Below, in pieces: positions 27,440-37,804 of a stretch of 64,000 nt of DNA. The notes below the pieces were generated by a model. It had not been told where the DNA came from. It saw only the letters and a list, made by a program, of their open reading frames with translations, and ran no database searches. The DNA is from Thermoproteota archaeon. GTDB lineage: Archaea; Thermoproteota; Methanomethylicia; Culexarchaeales; Culexarchaeaceae. Position 1 is the first letter of the stretch, and the number at the start of each line of letters is the position of its first letter. Both the position numbers and the translations under genes were made by a program. The DNA lies in assembly GCA_020833005.1 (NCBI GenBank), contig JAJHRD010000002.1, positions 70,287-134,286 on the forward strand, given 5' to 3'.

Positions 27440-27952
27440 GTGATGATGGGGAAGCTTATGAAGAGTACTAAAAGCTTTACATTCCTGGTTGAGGGGGGGA
27501 AAGCTACAGGAGGACCCCCCATAGGCCCATCCCTAGGACCTCTGGGAATAAATGTAATGCAAGTGGTAAATGAGATAAATGAGAAAACAAAGGAGTTTCT
27601 TGGGATGAGAGTTCCAGTCACGGTAACTGTAGATGTTGAAACAAAGAAGTTTTCCGTAGAAGTTGGAATACCAACAACAGCAGCCCTAATACTTAGAGAG
27701 ATAAAAGCAGAGAAGGGGTCTGGAACACCACACGCAAATAAGGTTGGAAATTTAACAATACAACAGGCTATAAAAATAGCAAAAATAAAAAGGCCACAAC
27801 TATTGGCAAAAACACTTAAAGCAGCTGTAAAGGAGATTTTAGGAACATGTGTGAGTATGGGAGTCACAGTGGAGGGGAAAGACCCACGAATCGTTCAAAA
27901 GGAAATAGATGAAGGGAAGTATGACAAAATATTTGAGGAGGCTGAAAGGTAA
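27440..27952 (+). CDS. rpl11: 50S ribosomal protein L11
   Basis: [23 protein letters not shown] signature. The start may be ATG 27458. Confidence 0.9.
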   Translation: MMMGKLMKSTKSFTFLVEGGKATGGPPIGPSLGPLGINVMQVVNEINEKTKEFLGMRVPVTVTVDVETKKFSVEVGIPTTAALILREIKAEKGSGTPHANKVGNLTIQQAIKIAKIKRPQLLAKTLKAAVKEILGTCVSMGVTVEGKDPRIVQKEIDEGKYDKIFEEAER

Positions 27953-28600
27953 ATGTCATCACTGGAAGATAAATTGAGAGATGCAATAGAAGAAGCAAAG
28001 AAGGAGTCTAAGAAAAGGAACTTCAAACAATCCGTAGAGCTAATAATAAATTTAAGAGATGTTGACTTAAAGAAGCCGGAAAACAGGATAAACGAAAAGG
28101 TCATACTTCCAAATCAAATAGGGAAGGAAATAAGCGTATGCGTTTTTGGAGATGGAGACTTTGCATCAAAAGCTAAAGAGGCAGGGGCAAAGGCAGTTAT
28201 TAGCAGGGAAGCATTGGAAAAGCTGGCATCAAATAAAAAGGAATTAAAGAAGTTGGCTGAAAATTATGATGTATTCATAGCTAGAGCAGACTACATGCCG
28301 CTCATAGGCAGACACCTAGGACCTATACTGGGGCCTAGAAATAAAATGCCCGAACCAATACCACCCACAGGAGACATAGCCTCAGCAATAAGTAAAGCAC
28401 AAAATACTATTTGGATTAGAACTAGAAATCAACCATTAATACAATGCATAATTGGCACAGAAGACATGCCAACAGAGAAACTTTTAGAAAATGCATTAAC
28501 AGTGATATCAAAGATAAGAGAAAAGTTTAAAAGCTTAAGGAATATTGAGTCAATATACATTAAGACCACCATGGGAAAACCAGTAAAAATCACTGTGTGA
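27953..28600 (+). CDS. rpl1: 50S ribosomal protein L1
   Basis: 215 aa. RNFKQSVELIINLRDVDLKKPENRI and the FIARADYMPLIGRHLGPILGPR pattern. Confidence 0.9.
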   Translation: MSSLEDKLRDAIEEAKKESKKRNFKQSVELIINLRDVDLKKPENRINEKVILPNQIGKEISVCVFGDGDFASKAKEAGAKAVISREALEKLASNKKELKKLAENYDVFIARADYMPLIGRHLGPILGPRNKMPEPIPPTGDIASAISKAQNTIWIRTRNQPLIQCIIGTEDMPTEKLLENALTVISKIREKFKSLRNIESIYIKTTMGKPVKITV

Positions 28601-28611
28601 AGTGATGAACA

Positions 28612-29643
28612 ATGTTGAAAACCATTGAGAAGAAAATTCCGAAAAAAGTGAAGAAGCAAAAAGTCTTAGAAGAACTAATGGAACTAATGAAGTCCAATGA
28701 GATAATAGCCATAGCATCTCTAAAAGGGTTGAGAGCTCGTCAATTACAGGAAATACGTAAAATATTGAGAAACAATGGTATCTACTTGAAGGTAGCTAAA
28801 AACACTCTGTTCAAAAAAGCAATCGAAGAATGTTCAAATGATCTGAAGAACATAGAGGCTTTAGAGAAATACTTGTCAGAACAAAATGCATTCATATTTT
28901 CAAATGGAAACCCATTTGAACTTGCACTAATACTGGAAAAGAATAAGGTATATATGGAAGCAAAGGCAGGGGATATTGCACAAAATGACATAATAGTGCC
29001 AGCTGGAAATACTGGAATGACTCCTGGACCAATAATAAGTAAATTCAATGCATTAAAAATCCCAGTGAAAATTGAGGAAGGATCTATATGGATAACTAAA
29101 GATACCATAGTTGCCAAGAAGGGGGATATAATAAGCCCAGACTTAGCAGATATACTTAAAAGGTTGAATATAAAACCCATCGAGGTGAAGATGAGGATAA
29201 AAGCATTATACTTTAATGGAAGAATACTTGGAGAAGAAGAACTTAAACTAAATATCGAAGAATACCACCAAATGATAAAAGATGCCGTTAGAAACGCATA
29301 CGTAATAGCCATAGACGCTGCACTCCCAATACCAGAAGTAATGGTTCAAGTAATAACTAAAGCTGCAAGAATTGCGAGGAAAATTGCAGCAGAAATCGCT
29401 ACACCAGAACCGGGAATTATAAAGGAAACATTGGCAATCGCAAATAGTAGGGCATTAATGTTAGCTATGAAGCTCATGCAAATAAATCCAGAATTAAAAA
29501 TTATTGAGGGAATAACAATGCCTGCAGCAGCCAGTGCAGCACCATCAGCTGAAGCAAAACCAAAGGAGGAAAAGAAGAAGGAAGAGAAGGAGGAGAAGGA
29601 GGAGGAAGAGATAGCAGAAGGACTAGCATCACTATTCGGATAA
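28612..29643 (+). CDS. rpl10: 50S ribosomal stalk protein P0 (L10)
   Basis: 343 aa ending in the acidic stalk tail ...EEKKKEEKEEKEEEEIAEGLASLFG*. Confidence 0.9.
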   Translation: MLKTIEKKIPKKVKKQKVLEELMELMKSNEIIAIASLKGLRARQLQEIRKILRNNGIYLKVAKNTLFKKAIEECSNDLKNIEALEKYLSEQNAFIFSNGNPFELALILEKNKVYMEAKAGDIAQNDIIVPAGNTGMTPGPIISKFNALKIPVKIEEGSIWITKDTIVAKKGDIISPDLADILKRLNIKPIEVKMRIKALYFNGRILGEEELKLNIEEYHQMIKDAVRNAYVIAIDAALPIPEVMVQVITKAARIARKIAAEIATPEPGIIKETLAIANSRALMLAMKLMQINPELKIIEGITMPAAASAAPSAEAKPKEEKKKEEKEEKEEEEIAEGLASLFG

Positions 29644-29653
29644 ACAACTTTAA
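29514..29653 (+). repeat. 140-bp perfect direct repeat, copy 1 (P0 C-terminal tail + stop + 10 nt of 3' flank)
   Basis: Base-by-base identity with 29894-30033. The flanks diverge immediately outside. Confidence 0.95.
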
Positions 29654-29684
29654 ATATACGTTTTATAACTCTTTTAATCGCATA

Positions 29685-30023
29685 TTGGAGGTGATTAGTA
29701 TAGAATACGTATATGCAAGCCTCCTCTTACACTACGCTAAAAAGCCAATTGAAGAAAAGAGCTTAAGAAGGATACTAGAGGCAGCTGGCATTGAAGTGGA
29801 TGATGTCAGATTGAAAGCTATGGTGGCAGCTTTAAAGGAAGTCAATATAGATGAAGCAATAAGTGCAGCCTCAACAATCACCCCAACAGTAGCAACAATG
29901 CCTGCAGCAGCCAGTGCAGCACCATCAGCTGAAGCAAAACCAAAGGAGGAAAAGAAGAAGGAAGAGAAGGAGGAGAAGGAGGAGGAAGAGATAGCAGAAG
30001 GACTAGCATCACTATTCGGATAA
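29685..30023 (+). CDS. rpl12: 50S ribosomal stalk protein P1 (L12e)
   Basis: EYVYASLLLHYAKKPI... plus the same acidic tail as P0. The start codon is uncertain: TTG 29685, GTG 29691, or possibly AUA 29700 (see findings). Confidence 0.9.
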   Translation: MEVISIEYVYASLLLHYAKKPIEEKSLRRILEAAGIEVDDVRLKAMVAALKEVNIDEAISAASTITPTVATMPAAASAAPSAEAKPKEEKKKEEKEEKEEEEIAEGLASLFG

Positions 30024-30033
30024 ACAACTTTAA
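29894..30033 (+). repeat. 140-bp perfect direct repeat, copy 2 (P1 C-terminal tail + stop + 10 nt of 3' flank)
   Basis: Identical to 29514-29653. Confidence 0.95.
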
Positions 30034-30177
30034 TAAAATTTTAAGATTTAAGAGAATCATTTATCGAGTTTAATTTACATAATGATGAAATCAACTTAAT
30101 TGTCAAGTAGTTAATATATAATTGTTGAAACTTATCATTAATCTGTAGAGCATAATATAATGGATGGTGGAAAATGA

Positions 30178-32868
30178 ATGAAAGGAAATGTTGATGAATA
30201 TGCAATAGACTACTTTAAGAAAAATGGTTTTGAAAGGAAAATATGTAAAAAATGTGGAAATCCATTTTGGACCATAAACCATAGCAAAACAACTTGCGGG
30301 GAAGCACCATGTGAACCATATGATTTCTTGATAAATCCAATAATGAAGAAGTATAGTTCATTAGACGATTTGAGGAAGACATATTTAACATACTTTGAAA
30401 AAAATGGGCATACAATAATAGACCCATATCCAGTGGTGGCGAGATGGAGGGATGATATTTACTTAACCATTGCTAGCATAGCCGTATTTCAGCCACACAT
30501 AACAAGTGGAGAAGCAGATCCACCTGCAAATCCACTGGTAATTTCACAACCATGTATAAGATTAGTTGACATTGACGATGTGGGAAAAAGCATGAAACAT
30601 TTAACAATATTTGAAATGGCAGCCCACCATGCCTTCAACTATCCAAACAAGGAGATCTATTGGAAGGATAAAACCGTAGAATTATGCCACAACTTCCTAA
30701 CGGAAATAATGAATGTAGATCCAATGAACATAACTTACAAGGAAAGCTGGTGGGAGGGAGGGGGGAATGCAGGTCCTTGTCTAGAGGTGTGTGTGGGAGG
30801 ATTAGAGATAGCCACACTAGTATTCATGATGTATAAAGTGATAGATGACAAATATGAGTTAATGCCCATGCGAATAGTTGATACCGGATATGGACTTGAA
30901 AGGATATTATGGGAATCGCAAAGCAAACCAACTATATTCCATTCCATATACGATGAAATATTAAATGATGTTCTATCAAAGAGTGATATTGAAGATAAAT
31001 CTGAGATGCTAAGGAAATACGTATATAAATCTTCAATGGGAGACAGACAAGACTATAAAACCTATGGAGAATACTTAAATACAATACAAGGGGTATTTGC
31101 ATTACTAGACTATACCAAATGCTTAACATTCATGCTTGCAGACGGCCTTGTACCATCAAACTCAGGGGGAGGATATCTGGCAAGACTCCTTATAAGAAGA
31201 GCCTTAAGATTAATCAACACAACGAAAATAAATCTTTCACTAAAAGATCTAATTAAACTTCAAATAAGGAAATGGGGAAAAACGTACAGACACATAGCAG
31301 AAATGGAGGAGGAAATATATGACATGTTAAACGAGGAGGAGGAGAAGTATATTGCCACGATGAAGCGTGGGGAAAGGATAATTCAAAACATAATAAATGA
31401 GGTAAAAAGGAAGGGTGCAAATACAATACCATCATCAAAACTCATAGAACTCTATGATTCCCAAGGGATACCACCAGAAATGGTTCAAGAAGTTGCAAAG
31501 AAGAATGATATTAAAGTAGAAGTGCCTGAGAACTTTTACTCAGAAGTGGTTAAAAGGCACTTAAAAGCATGTGGAAGTGGAGAAAAGAAGGAATTGAAAA
31601 TAAGCATTGAAAAGTATCCTCCAACTAAAAGGATATATTATGATGACCCATATCAATTTGAATTTGAAGCAAAGGTCATAGGGATTGAAGGAAACAAAAT
31701 AATACTAGATTCCACAGCATTCTATCCTGAAGGGGGAGGACAACCTTACGATCAAGGGGTAATAACATGGAATGGAGGAAATGCAAAGATAATAAATGTA
31801 CAAAAGGTGGGAGATGTAATTCTACATGAAGTAGAAGGAGATAAACCGCCCTTAGGAGAAATTATACATGGATTTATAGATGTTGAAAGAAGATTAGCGT
31901 TGATGAGAAGCCATACAGCCACACATATACTGGTAGCTGCACTAATGAAAGTATTAGGAAAACACATTTGGCAAGCTGGAGCACAAAAAGACGTATACAA
32001 AAATCGTTTAGACGTAACTCATCATAAACAGTTAAGCGATGTGGAAATAGAGAAGGTTGAAGAAATTGCCAACACTTACGTTTTAAAAAATGTTGATGTT
32101 AAAGTGTATGAAATGCCTAGAGCTGAAGCAGAAAGGAAATATGGAGTAAGAATCTATCAGGGGGGCGTAGTGCCTGGAAGGAATGTGAGGATAGTGGAAA
32201 TAGAGGGAATAAACGTTCAAGCATGCGGAGGATTACATGTAAAGAGGACAGGTGAAGTGGGATTAATAAAGATATTAAAATGCAATAAAATTCAAGATGG
32301 AGTCCTGAGGCTTGAATTCACATGTGGACTATCATCACTAAAACATATACAAAACAAGGAGAAACTAATAAAAGAGGCTACAAAGATCTTAAATACACAA
32401 GAAGAACATCTAATTAAAAACATTGAAAAGCTAAAGGGTGAAAACGAAAAAGTGAAATTAGAATACAGACAGCTCTGGAAGAAACATATACAAGAAATTA
32501 TATTGAAAAACATTATTCCCAATCCAATAGTATACGACCATACAAAAATATTCATAGCGAAATTCAATGACCTCACAAAAGAACAGATGATAGAAATTGG
32601 TGGGGAAATCCTAAAAATGGAGAAGGAGGCAATGGTTATAATATTAAATATGAATGCCAACTTCATTAATTATGTAGTAATGATGAATGAAGATTTAGTG
32701 GATAGAGGGTTGAATGCATCCATAATTGCGGAGAGGATATCAAAAATATTAGAAGGGAAGGGCGGGGGAGATAAAACCATAGCACAAGGATACGGCAAAA
32801 GAATAGATAGAATCGCCATGATAGAAGAGGAAGTGAAGAAATATATTAAAGAGTTGCAGAAAACTTAG
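30178..32868 (+). CDS. alaS: Alanyl-tRNA synthetase
   Basis: 896 aa. Archaeal AlaRS N-terminus (FERKICKKCGNPFWT), an editing-domain HTATH motif and a C-terminal DHHA1-like region (GKGGGDKTIAQG). Confidence 0.95.
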   Translation: MKGNVDEYAIDYFKKNGFERKICKKCGNPFWTINHSKTTCGEAPCEPYDFLINPIMKKYSSLDDLRKTYLTYFEKNGHTIIDPYPVVARWRDDIYLTIASIAVFQPHITSGEADPPANPLVISQPCIRLVDIDDVGKSMKHLTIFEMAAHHAFNYPNKEIYWKDKTVELCHNFLTEIMNVDPMNITYKESWWEGGGNAGPCLEVCVGGLEIATLVFMMYKVIDDKYELMPMRIVDTGYGLERILWESQSKPTIFHSIYDEILNDVLSKSDIEDKSEMLRKYVYKSSMGDRQDYKTYGEYLNTIQGVFALLDYTKCLTFMLADGLVPSNSGGGYLARLLIRRALRLINTTKINLSLKDLIKLQIRKWGKTYRHIAEMEEEIYDMLNEEEEKYIATMKRGERIIQNIINEVKRKGANTIPSSKLIELYDSQGIPPEMVQEVAKKNDIKVEVPENFYSEVVKRHLKACGSGEKKELKISIEKYPPTKRIYYDDPYQFEFEAKVIGIEGNKIILDSTAFYPEGGGQPYDQGVITWNGGNAKIINVQKVGDVILHEVEGDKPPLGEIIHGFIDVERRLALMRSHTATHILVAALMKVLGKHIWQAGAQKDVYKNRLDVTHHKQLSDVEIEKVEEIANTYVLKNVDVKVYEMPRAEAERKYGVRIYQGGVVPGRNVRIVEIEGINVQACGGLHVKRTGEVGLIKILKCNKIQDGVLRLEFTCGLSSLKHIQNKEKLIKEATKILNTQEEHLIKNIEKLKGENEKVKLEYRQLWKKHIQEIILKNIIPNPIVYDHTKIFIAKFNDLTKEQMIEIGGEILKMEKEAMVIILNMNANFINYVVMMNEDLVDRGLNASIIAERISKILEGKGGGDKTIAQGYGKRIDRIAMIEEEVKKYIKELQKT

Positions 32869-32911
32869 TATTAAAGTAAACAGTAATTGATTAATTGAAT
32901 ATTAAAAAAAT

Positions 32912-33583
32912 ATGATACCTATGAATCTAGAAATACTGAAGGAAGCCATAATAGATATGAGATACTTACTCAATAGAGGGTATAATCGAAAGACTGCAGC
33001 AGACTATGTAACATCAAGGTATAAGTTAAGTAAAGAAGAAAGAGCTATAATATTTAGAGCAGTATACCCAGATGAGCAAGCAAAGAGTAGATTAAAGAAG
33101 TTAATCAACATAGAGGAAGTTGCTGGAAATACACTTTTAATAGATGGGTTTAATAATATAATTACCATAGAAAACGCATTAAGAGGAGCAATACTAATAA
33201 AATGCGATGATGGACTAATACGTGATATATCATACACGTCTAGAAAGTTCAAAATGACACAATATACTGAAAAAGCAATAATGCTGATATTTGAAACATT
33301 AAGAATGTGCAGAGCAAAAGAATCGATATTCTTTTTTGATGAACAGATAAGCTTCAGCGGTGAAATAGCATCAAAAATAAGGCAAAAAATGAGGGAAGAA
33401 GGGGTAAATGGAGATGCAAGAACATCTAAAAGGAATGATACTGAAATCATATCAAAAGGTGGGATAATAGCATCAAGTGATTCATTAATAATGGAAAGAG
33501 CTAATAAAATATTCGATCTTGCTGGATATATAATAAACTCAAAATTTAAGGAAAGAATACTCGATATTACAATATTCAAATAG
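32912..33583 (+). CDS. DUF434-family protein with C-terminal NYN/PIN-like region (uncharacterised)
   Basis: MRYLLNRGYNRKTAADYVTSRYKLS (DUF434-like), then LLIDGFNNIITIENAL, reminiscent of YacP/NYN nucleases. Confidence 0.5.
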   Translation: MIPMNLEILKEAIIDMRYLLNRGYNRKTAADYVTSRYKLSKEERAIIFRAVYPDEQAKSRLKKLINIEEVAGNTLLIDGFNNIITIENALRGAILIKCDDGLIRDISYTSRKFKMTQYTEKAIMLIFETLRMCRAKESIFFFDEQISFSGEIASKIRQKMREEGVNGDARTSKRNDTEIISKGGIIASSDSLIMERANKIFDLAGYIINSKFKERILDITIFK

Positions 33584-33641
33584 CGTGATATGTGAACAAG
33601 ACACTACTAAAATAATGCCAAAATCGAAATTTAATTGGATG

Positions 33642-33716
33642 CGGGCCCGCCGGGATTTGAACCCGGGACCCCTGGCTCCGAAGGCCAGTGCTCTATCCAA
33701 ACTGAGCTACGGGCCC
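33642..33716 (-). tRNA. tRNA-Arg (TCG)
   Basis: The reverse complement folds as GGGCCCG...anticodon stem CTGGC/GCCAG, loop ctTCGga, T-arm CCGGG-TTCAAAT-CCCGG, CGGGCCC + G. Confidence 0.9.
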
Positions 33717-33824
33717 ATCCACAATTACGATATCACAATAAATGTAACATCAAACACAACTCAATAATTATCATTCGAAAAATATTAATAAATATGCTCA
33801 ATTTAATTCTAATGATAAATTCTA

Positions 33825-33902
33825 GCCCAGGTGGTGTAGCCCGGTCTAACATCCGAGCCTGTCGAGCTCGGGCCCCGGGTTCAAATCCCGGCCTGGGCGC
33901 CA
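33825..33902 (+). tRNA. tRNA-Asp (GTC), CCA encoded
   Basis: Acceptor GCCCAGG/CCTGGGC, anticodon stem CGAGC/GCTCG, loop ctGTCga, T-arm CCGGG-TTCAAAT-CCCGG, G + CCA. Confidence 0.9.
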
Positions 33903-33980
33903 TTCAATACCGTTGTGAGAGAGTAATTTTTTAATATTCACATTAACATGAAATATTTGGGTTTAAAATTCAGTTGCAGT

Positions 33981-34058
33981 GGGCCCGTAGCTCAGCCAGG
34001 ACAGAGCAGTGGGCTTTTAACCCATTGGTCGCGGGTTCAAATCCCGCCGGGCCCGCCA
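33981..34058 (+). tRNA. tRNA-Lys (TTT), CCA encoded
   Basis: Acceptor GGGCCCG/CGGGCCC, anticodon stem GTGGG/CCCAT, loop ctTTTaa, T-arm GCGGG-TTCAAAT-CCCGC, G + CCA. Confidence 0.9.
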
Positions 34059-34225
34059 AATATTTAATGATGATATTGTATGAGGGAGTTAATCATTATT
34101 AGATGATGAAGTGATAAGGTTAACGCCTCACAATTTATTTAATTGATGAAAAAGCGAAATATTTATTGGTTAGTATTTACGCTTAACATTTTTGACTTAA
34201 TATTTTAATGTTTGGTGATATGGGA

Positions 34226-34468
34226 ATGAGTAAAAAGTTTTCCATTTTTGATCATGTTCTTGTGCCACAACACATACTATTAAGTAAGAAAGAAGCTGAG
34301 GAAGTTTTAAAACAACTCGGTGTAAAACCTCATCAATTACCATACATACGTGTTAGTGATCCAGCTGCAAGAGCTTTGGGGGCTAAGAGGGGGGATATAA
34401 TAAAGATTATCAGGAAGAGTCCTACAGCAGGAACTACGATAGTATATAGGTATGTGGTTCCAGGGTGA
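34226..34468 (+). CDS. rpoH: DNA-directed RNA polymerase subunit H (Rpb5)
   Basis: [65 protein letters not shown] 34226 preferred over ATG 34208. Confidence 0.9.
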   Translation: MSKKFSIFDHVLVPQHILLSKKEAEEVLKQLGVKPHQLPYIRVSDPAARALGAKRGDIIKIIRKSPTAGTTIVYRYVVPG

Positions 34469-37400
34469 ATGGTATGGTTAAATTAAAAGATGAAGATAGA
34501 TGGGCTTTAATGGAAGCATTCTTTAAAGAGAAAGGTCTTGTCAGACAGCACTTAGATTCATTCAATGATTTTGTAACTAGAGGGATTCAACAAATAGTGG
34601 ATGAGCAAGGAGAGATTGAGACAAGCATACCTGGATTGAAGGTTAGATTGGGAGAAATAAAGATAGGAGAACCTACAGTTCTTGAGGCAGATGGTTCTGA
34701 AGATAAAATTTATCCCATGGATGCTAGGCTTAGAAATCTAACCTATGCAGCATCGATATATTTAACAATGATACCAGTTGAAGACAATATAGAGGGGGAA
34801 AGAGTAGAAGTTTTCATAGGAAGACTCCCAATAATGGTTAAATCCATCAAATGTAGATTAAACGGGTTAAGTAGGGAACAACTCATAGAGCAAGGGGAGG
34901 ATCCAGACGACCCTGGAGGATACTTCATAATAAACGGTTCTGAGAGAGTACTTGTGGCACAAGAAGACCTTGTGGCAAACAGGATACTGGTGGATGTGGG
35001 GAGAGCAGGCTCCTCCGCAACACACACCGCAAAAGTCTTCTCAACAGCTGCAGGATATAGGGTGCCAATAACGCTCATTAGGTTAAGGGATGGAACACTC
35101 CACGTATCATTCCCATCAGTTCCTGGTAGAATACCATTATGCATACTTATGAAGAGCCTTGGATTAAAGACGGATAAGGAAATAGTGGAAACAGTTTCAG
35201 ATGACCCTGAAATACAGCAATTAATGATACCTTCACTAGACCAAGCTTCTGCAATAACAACCGTTGAAGACGCTTTAGATTACATTGGAAATCGTGTTGC
35301 AATAGGGCAAACTAGAGAGTACCGTATTCAGAGAGCACAACAAATACTTGATAAATATTTCCTTCCACACCTAGGGACAGATGCCAGAAGTAGGAAGAAA
35401 AAGGCATTATTCTTAGGGCAAATGGCTGAAAAGCTACTTGAACTGGTGTTAGGTAGACGAAAACCAGATGATAAAGACCATTACGCAAATAAAAGACTAA
35501 AACTTGCCGGAGACTTATTAATGAGCCTATTCAGAGTGGCATTTAAGAATCTATGTAGAGATGTAAGATATCAGCTTGAACGCGCAAAAAGCAGAGGGAG
35601 AAGAATAAACATAGTGAATTTAGTGAGAGCAGACATAATCACGGAGAGACTAAGACATGCCATAGCAACTGGTAATTGGGTTGGAGGAAAGGTGGGTGTA
35701 AGCCAGCTTCTAGATAGAACAAACTATATGTCAACACTAAGCCATCTTAGAAGGGTCGTTTCACCATTGAGCAGAAGTCAACCACACTTCGAAGCGAGGG
35801 ATCTACACTCAACACACTGGGGTAGACTATGTCCAACAGAAACCCCTGAAGGCCCCAACTGTGGCCTCGTAAAGAATTTAGCATTAATGGCAATAGTGTC
35901 TGTGGGCACAGATGAAGAGAGCATAGAGAGAAAGCTCATCCACCAACTTGGAGTCATACCCATAGAGGTAGCGAAACGGGAAAAGATAGCTGGGGCAAAA
36001 GTATTCTTAAATGGATGCCTAATAGGGGTTCATCCAAACCCAGAAGCTCTATGCACAGAATTTAGAAAACTCCGCAGACTTGGAAAAATACACTATGAAG
36101 TAAACATCGCACATTACAAGGACGAATACATAAATGAAGTATATGTAAATTGCGATGCTGGAAGAGTTCTACGCCCACTATTCGTAGTTGAAAATGGAGA
36201 AGTAACCATCACAGAAGAAGTGATCAATAAAGTGAAGAGAGGGGAACTTTCATGGAGTGATGTTGTAAAAAATGGATACATTGAATATCTGGATGCAGAA
36301 GAAGAGGAAAACGCATACATAGCAGTAAAAGAAGAAGAATTAACTAAAGAGCATACACACCTAGAAATAGCACCACCAACAATATTGGGAATATGTGCAT
36401 CCATAATACCCTACGCTGAACATAATCAATCTCCAAGGAATTCATATGAAGCAGCCATGGCAAAACAAGCCTTAGGACTATATGCAATAAACCAACATAT
36501 AAGAATGGATTCAAGAGCACATCTACTACACTACATCCAAAAACCAATAGTAACAACAAAACCCAGTAAGATAGTTAAATATGAAGAACGCCCCGCAGGA
36601 CAAAACCTAATAGTTGCAGTCTTAACATACTCAGGATATAACATTGAAGACGCAATTATAATAAACAAATCATCCGTGGAAAGAGGCCTAGGACACTCAA
36701 CATTCTTCAGATGCTATGAAGTGGAGGAGAAGAGGTATCCCGGAGGAGAAGTTGACAGAATAGAAGTTCCAGACCCATCTGTAAGAGGGTATAGAGTGGC
36801 CGACGCATATAAACTACTGGATGAAGATGGAATAATAGAACCAGAAGTGGAAGTGAAAGGTGAAGTAGTGCTAGTTGGAAGAACGAGCCCACCAAGATTC
36901 TTAGAAGAACCAACTGGAATAAGAGTTGAAGAACGTACAAGGAGAGAAACCTCCCTCACACTAACACATGGAGAAAGCGGAATTGTCGATAAAGTTTTAC
37001 TAACGAAAACCTCTGAAGGTGATAGACTAGTGAAAGTTAGGGTAAGGGAGATGAGGATACCTGAAATAGGAGACAAATTTGCATCAAGACATGGCCAGAA
37101 GGGGGTAATAGGTATTCTAATTCCACAAGAAGATATGCCATTCACAGAAGATGGAATAGTTCCAGACCTAATAATAAACCCACATGCATTCCCATCAAGA
37201 ATGACATTAGGACAATTACTGGAGAGCATAGCGGGAAAAGTTGGAGCACTTGCAGGAAGATATGTTGATGGAACACCATTCGAAGGTGAAAAGGAGGAGG
37301 ATATAAAGGAAGAGTTGAAGAGACTTGGATTTAAATCAAATGGATGTGAAGTAATGTATGATGGAAGAACAGGGCAAATGTTACAAGCAGAAGTATTTAT

Positions 37401-37803
37401 AGGGGTCGTATATTATCAGAAACTACACCACATGGTTGCAGACAAAATACATGCACGTGCAAGAGGACCTGTACAAATACTAACCAGACAACCAACGGAA
37501 GGAAGGGCTAGGGAAGGGGGGCTGAGATTTGGAGAAATGGAGAGAGACTGCTTAATAAGTCATGGAGCATCAATGCTACTAAAGGAGAGATTACTAGAAG
37601 AATCTGACAAAACAACAGTATATGTGTGTGAAAGATGTGGGACTATAGCATATTATGATGCAAATAGGAGAGAATACGTTTGCAGGATTTGTGGAGATAA
37701 GGCAAAAATCTCACCAGTAATAATGTCATATGCATTTAAACTACTCTTACAAGAATTAATGAGTTTGACAATTATGCCAAAAATAATCTTGGAGGAGATG
37801 TAA
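34465..37803 (+). CDS. rpoB: DNA-directed RNA polymerase subunit B (unsplit)
   Basis: 1112 aa covering the full Rpb2 homology, including [13 protein letters not shown] and the C-terminal Zn motif CERCG...CRICG. GTGA overlap with rpoH. Confidence 0.97.
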   Translation: MNGMVKLKDEDRWALMEAFFKEKGLVRQHLDSFNDFVTRGIQQIVDEQGEIETSIPGLKVRLGEIKIGEPTVLEADGSEDKIYPMDARLRNLTYAASIYLTMIPVEDNIEGERVEVFIGRLPIMVKSIKCRLNGLSREQLIEQGEDPDDPGGYFIINGSERVLVAQEDLVANRILVDVGRAGSSATHTAKVFSTAAGYRVPITLIRLRDGTLHVSFPSVPGRIPLCILMKSLGLKTDKEIVETVSDDPEIQQLMIPSLDQASAITTVEDALDYIGNRVAIGQTREYRIQRAQQILDKYFLPHLGTDARSRKKKALFLGQMAEKLLELVLGRRKPDDKDHYANKRLKLAGDLLMSLFRVAFKNLCRDVRYQLERAKSRGRRINIVNLVRADIITERLRHAIATGNWVGGKVGVSQLLDRTNYMSTLSHLRRVVSPLSRSQPHFEARDLHSTHWGRLCPTETPEGPNCGLVKNLALMAIVSVGTDEESIERKLIHQLGVIPIEVAKREKIAGAKVFLNGCLIGVHPNPEALCTEFRKLRRLGKIHYEVNIAHYKDEYINEVYVNCDAGRVLRPLFVVENGEVTITEEVINKVKRGELSWSDVVKNGYIEYLDAEEEENAYIAVKEEELTKEHTHLEIAPPTILGICASIIPYAEHNQSPRNSYEAAMAKQALGLYAINQHIRMDSRAHLLHYIQKPIVTTKPSKIVKYEERPAGQNLIVAVLTYSGYNIEDAIIINKSSVERGLGHSTFFRCYEVEEKRYPGGEVDRIEVPDPSVRGYRVADAYKLLDEDGIIEPEVEVKGEVVLVGRTSPPRFLEEPTGIRVEERTRRETSLTLTHGESGIVDKVLLTKTSEGDRLVKVRVREMRIPEIGDKFASRHGQKGVIGILIPQEDMPFTEDGIVPDLIINPHAFPSRMTLGQLLESIAGKVGALAGRYVDGTPFEGEKEEDIKEELKRLGFKSNGCEVMYDGRTGQMLQAEVFIGVVYYQKLHHMVADKIHARARGPVQILTRQPTEGRAREGGLRFGEMERDCLISHGASMLLKERLLEESDKTTVYVCERCGTIAYYDANRREYVCRICGDKAKISPVIMSYAFKLLLQELMSLTIMPKIILEEM

Positions 37804-37804
37804 T

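Noticed and set aside
33585-33934. Track ORFs 33585-33767 and 33635-33934 (+), 51636-51827 (-), and the first 66 codons of 53313-54413.
   Set aside because: They run through or antisense to tRNA genes (Arg/Asp, Ala, Ile). The GC-rich tRNA sequence simply lacks stops. The real map gene starts at 53511.
34060-34160. Three TGATGA motifs upstream of rpoH that look like C/C' boxes of a C/D box sRNA.
   Set aside because: There is no CUGA (D/D' box) on either strand within the region. The spacing of 34 and 45 nt does not fit the C-guide-D' architecture. This is likely chance in AT-rich promoter DNA.
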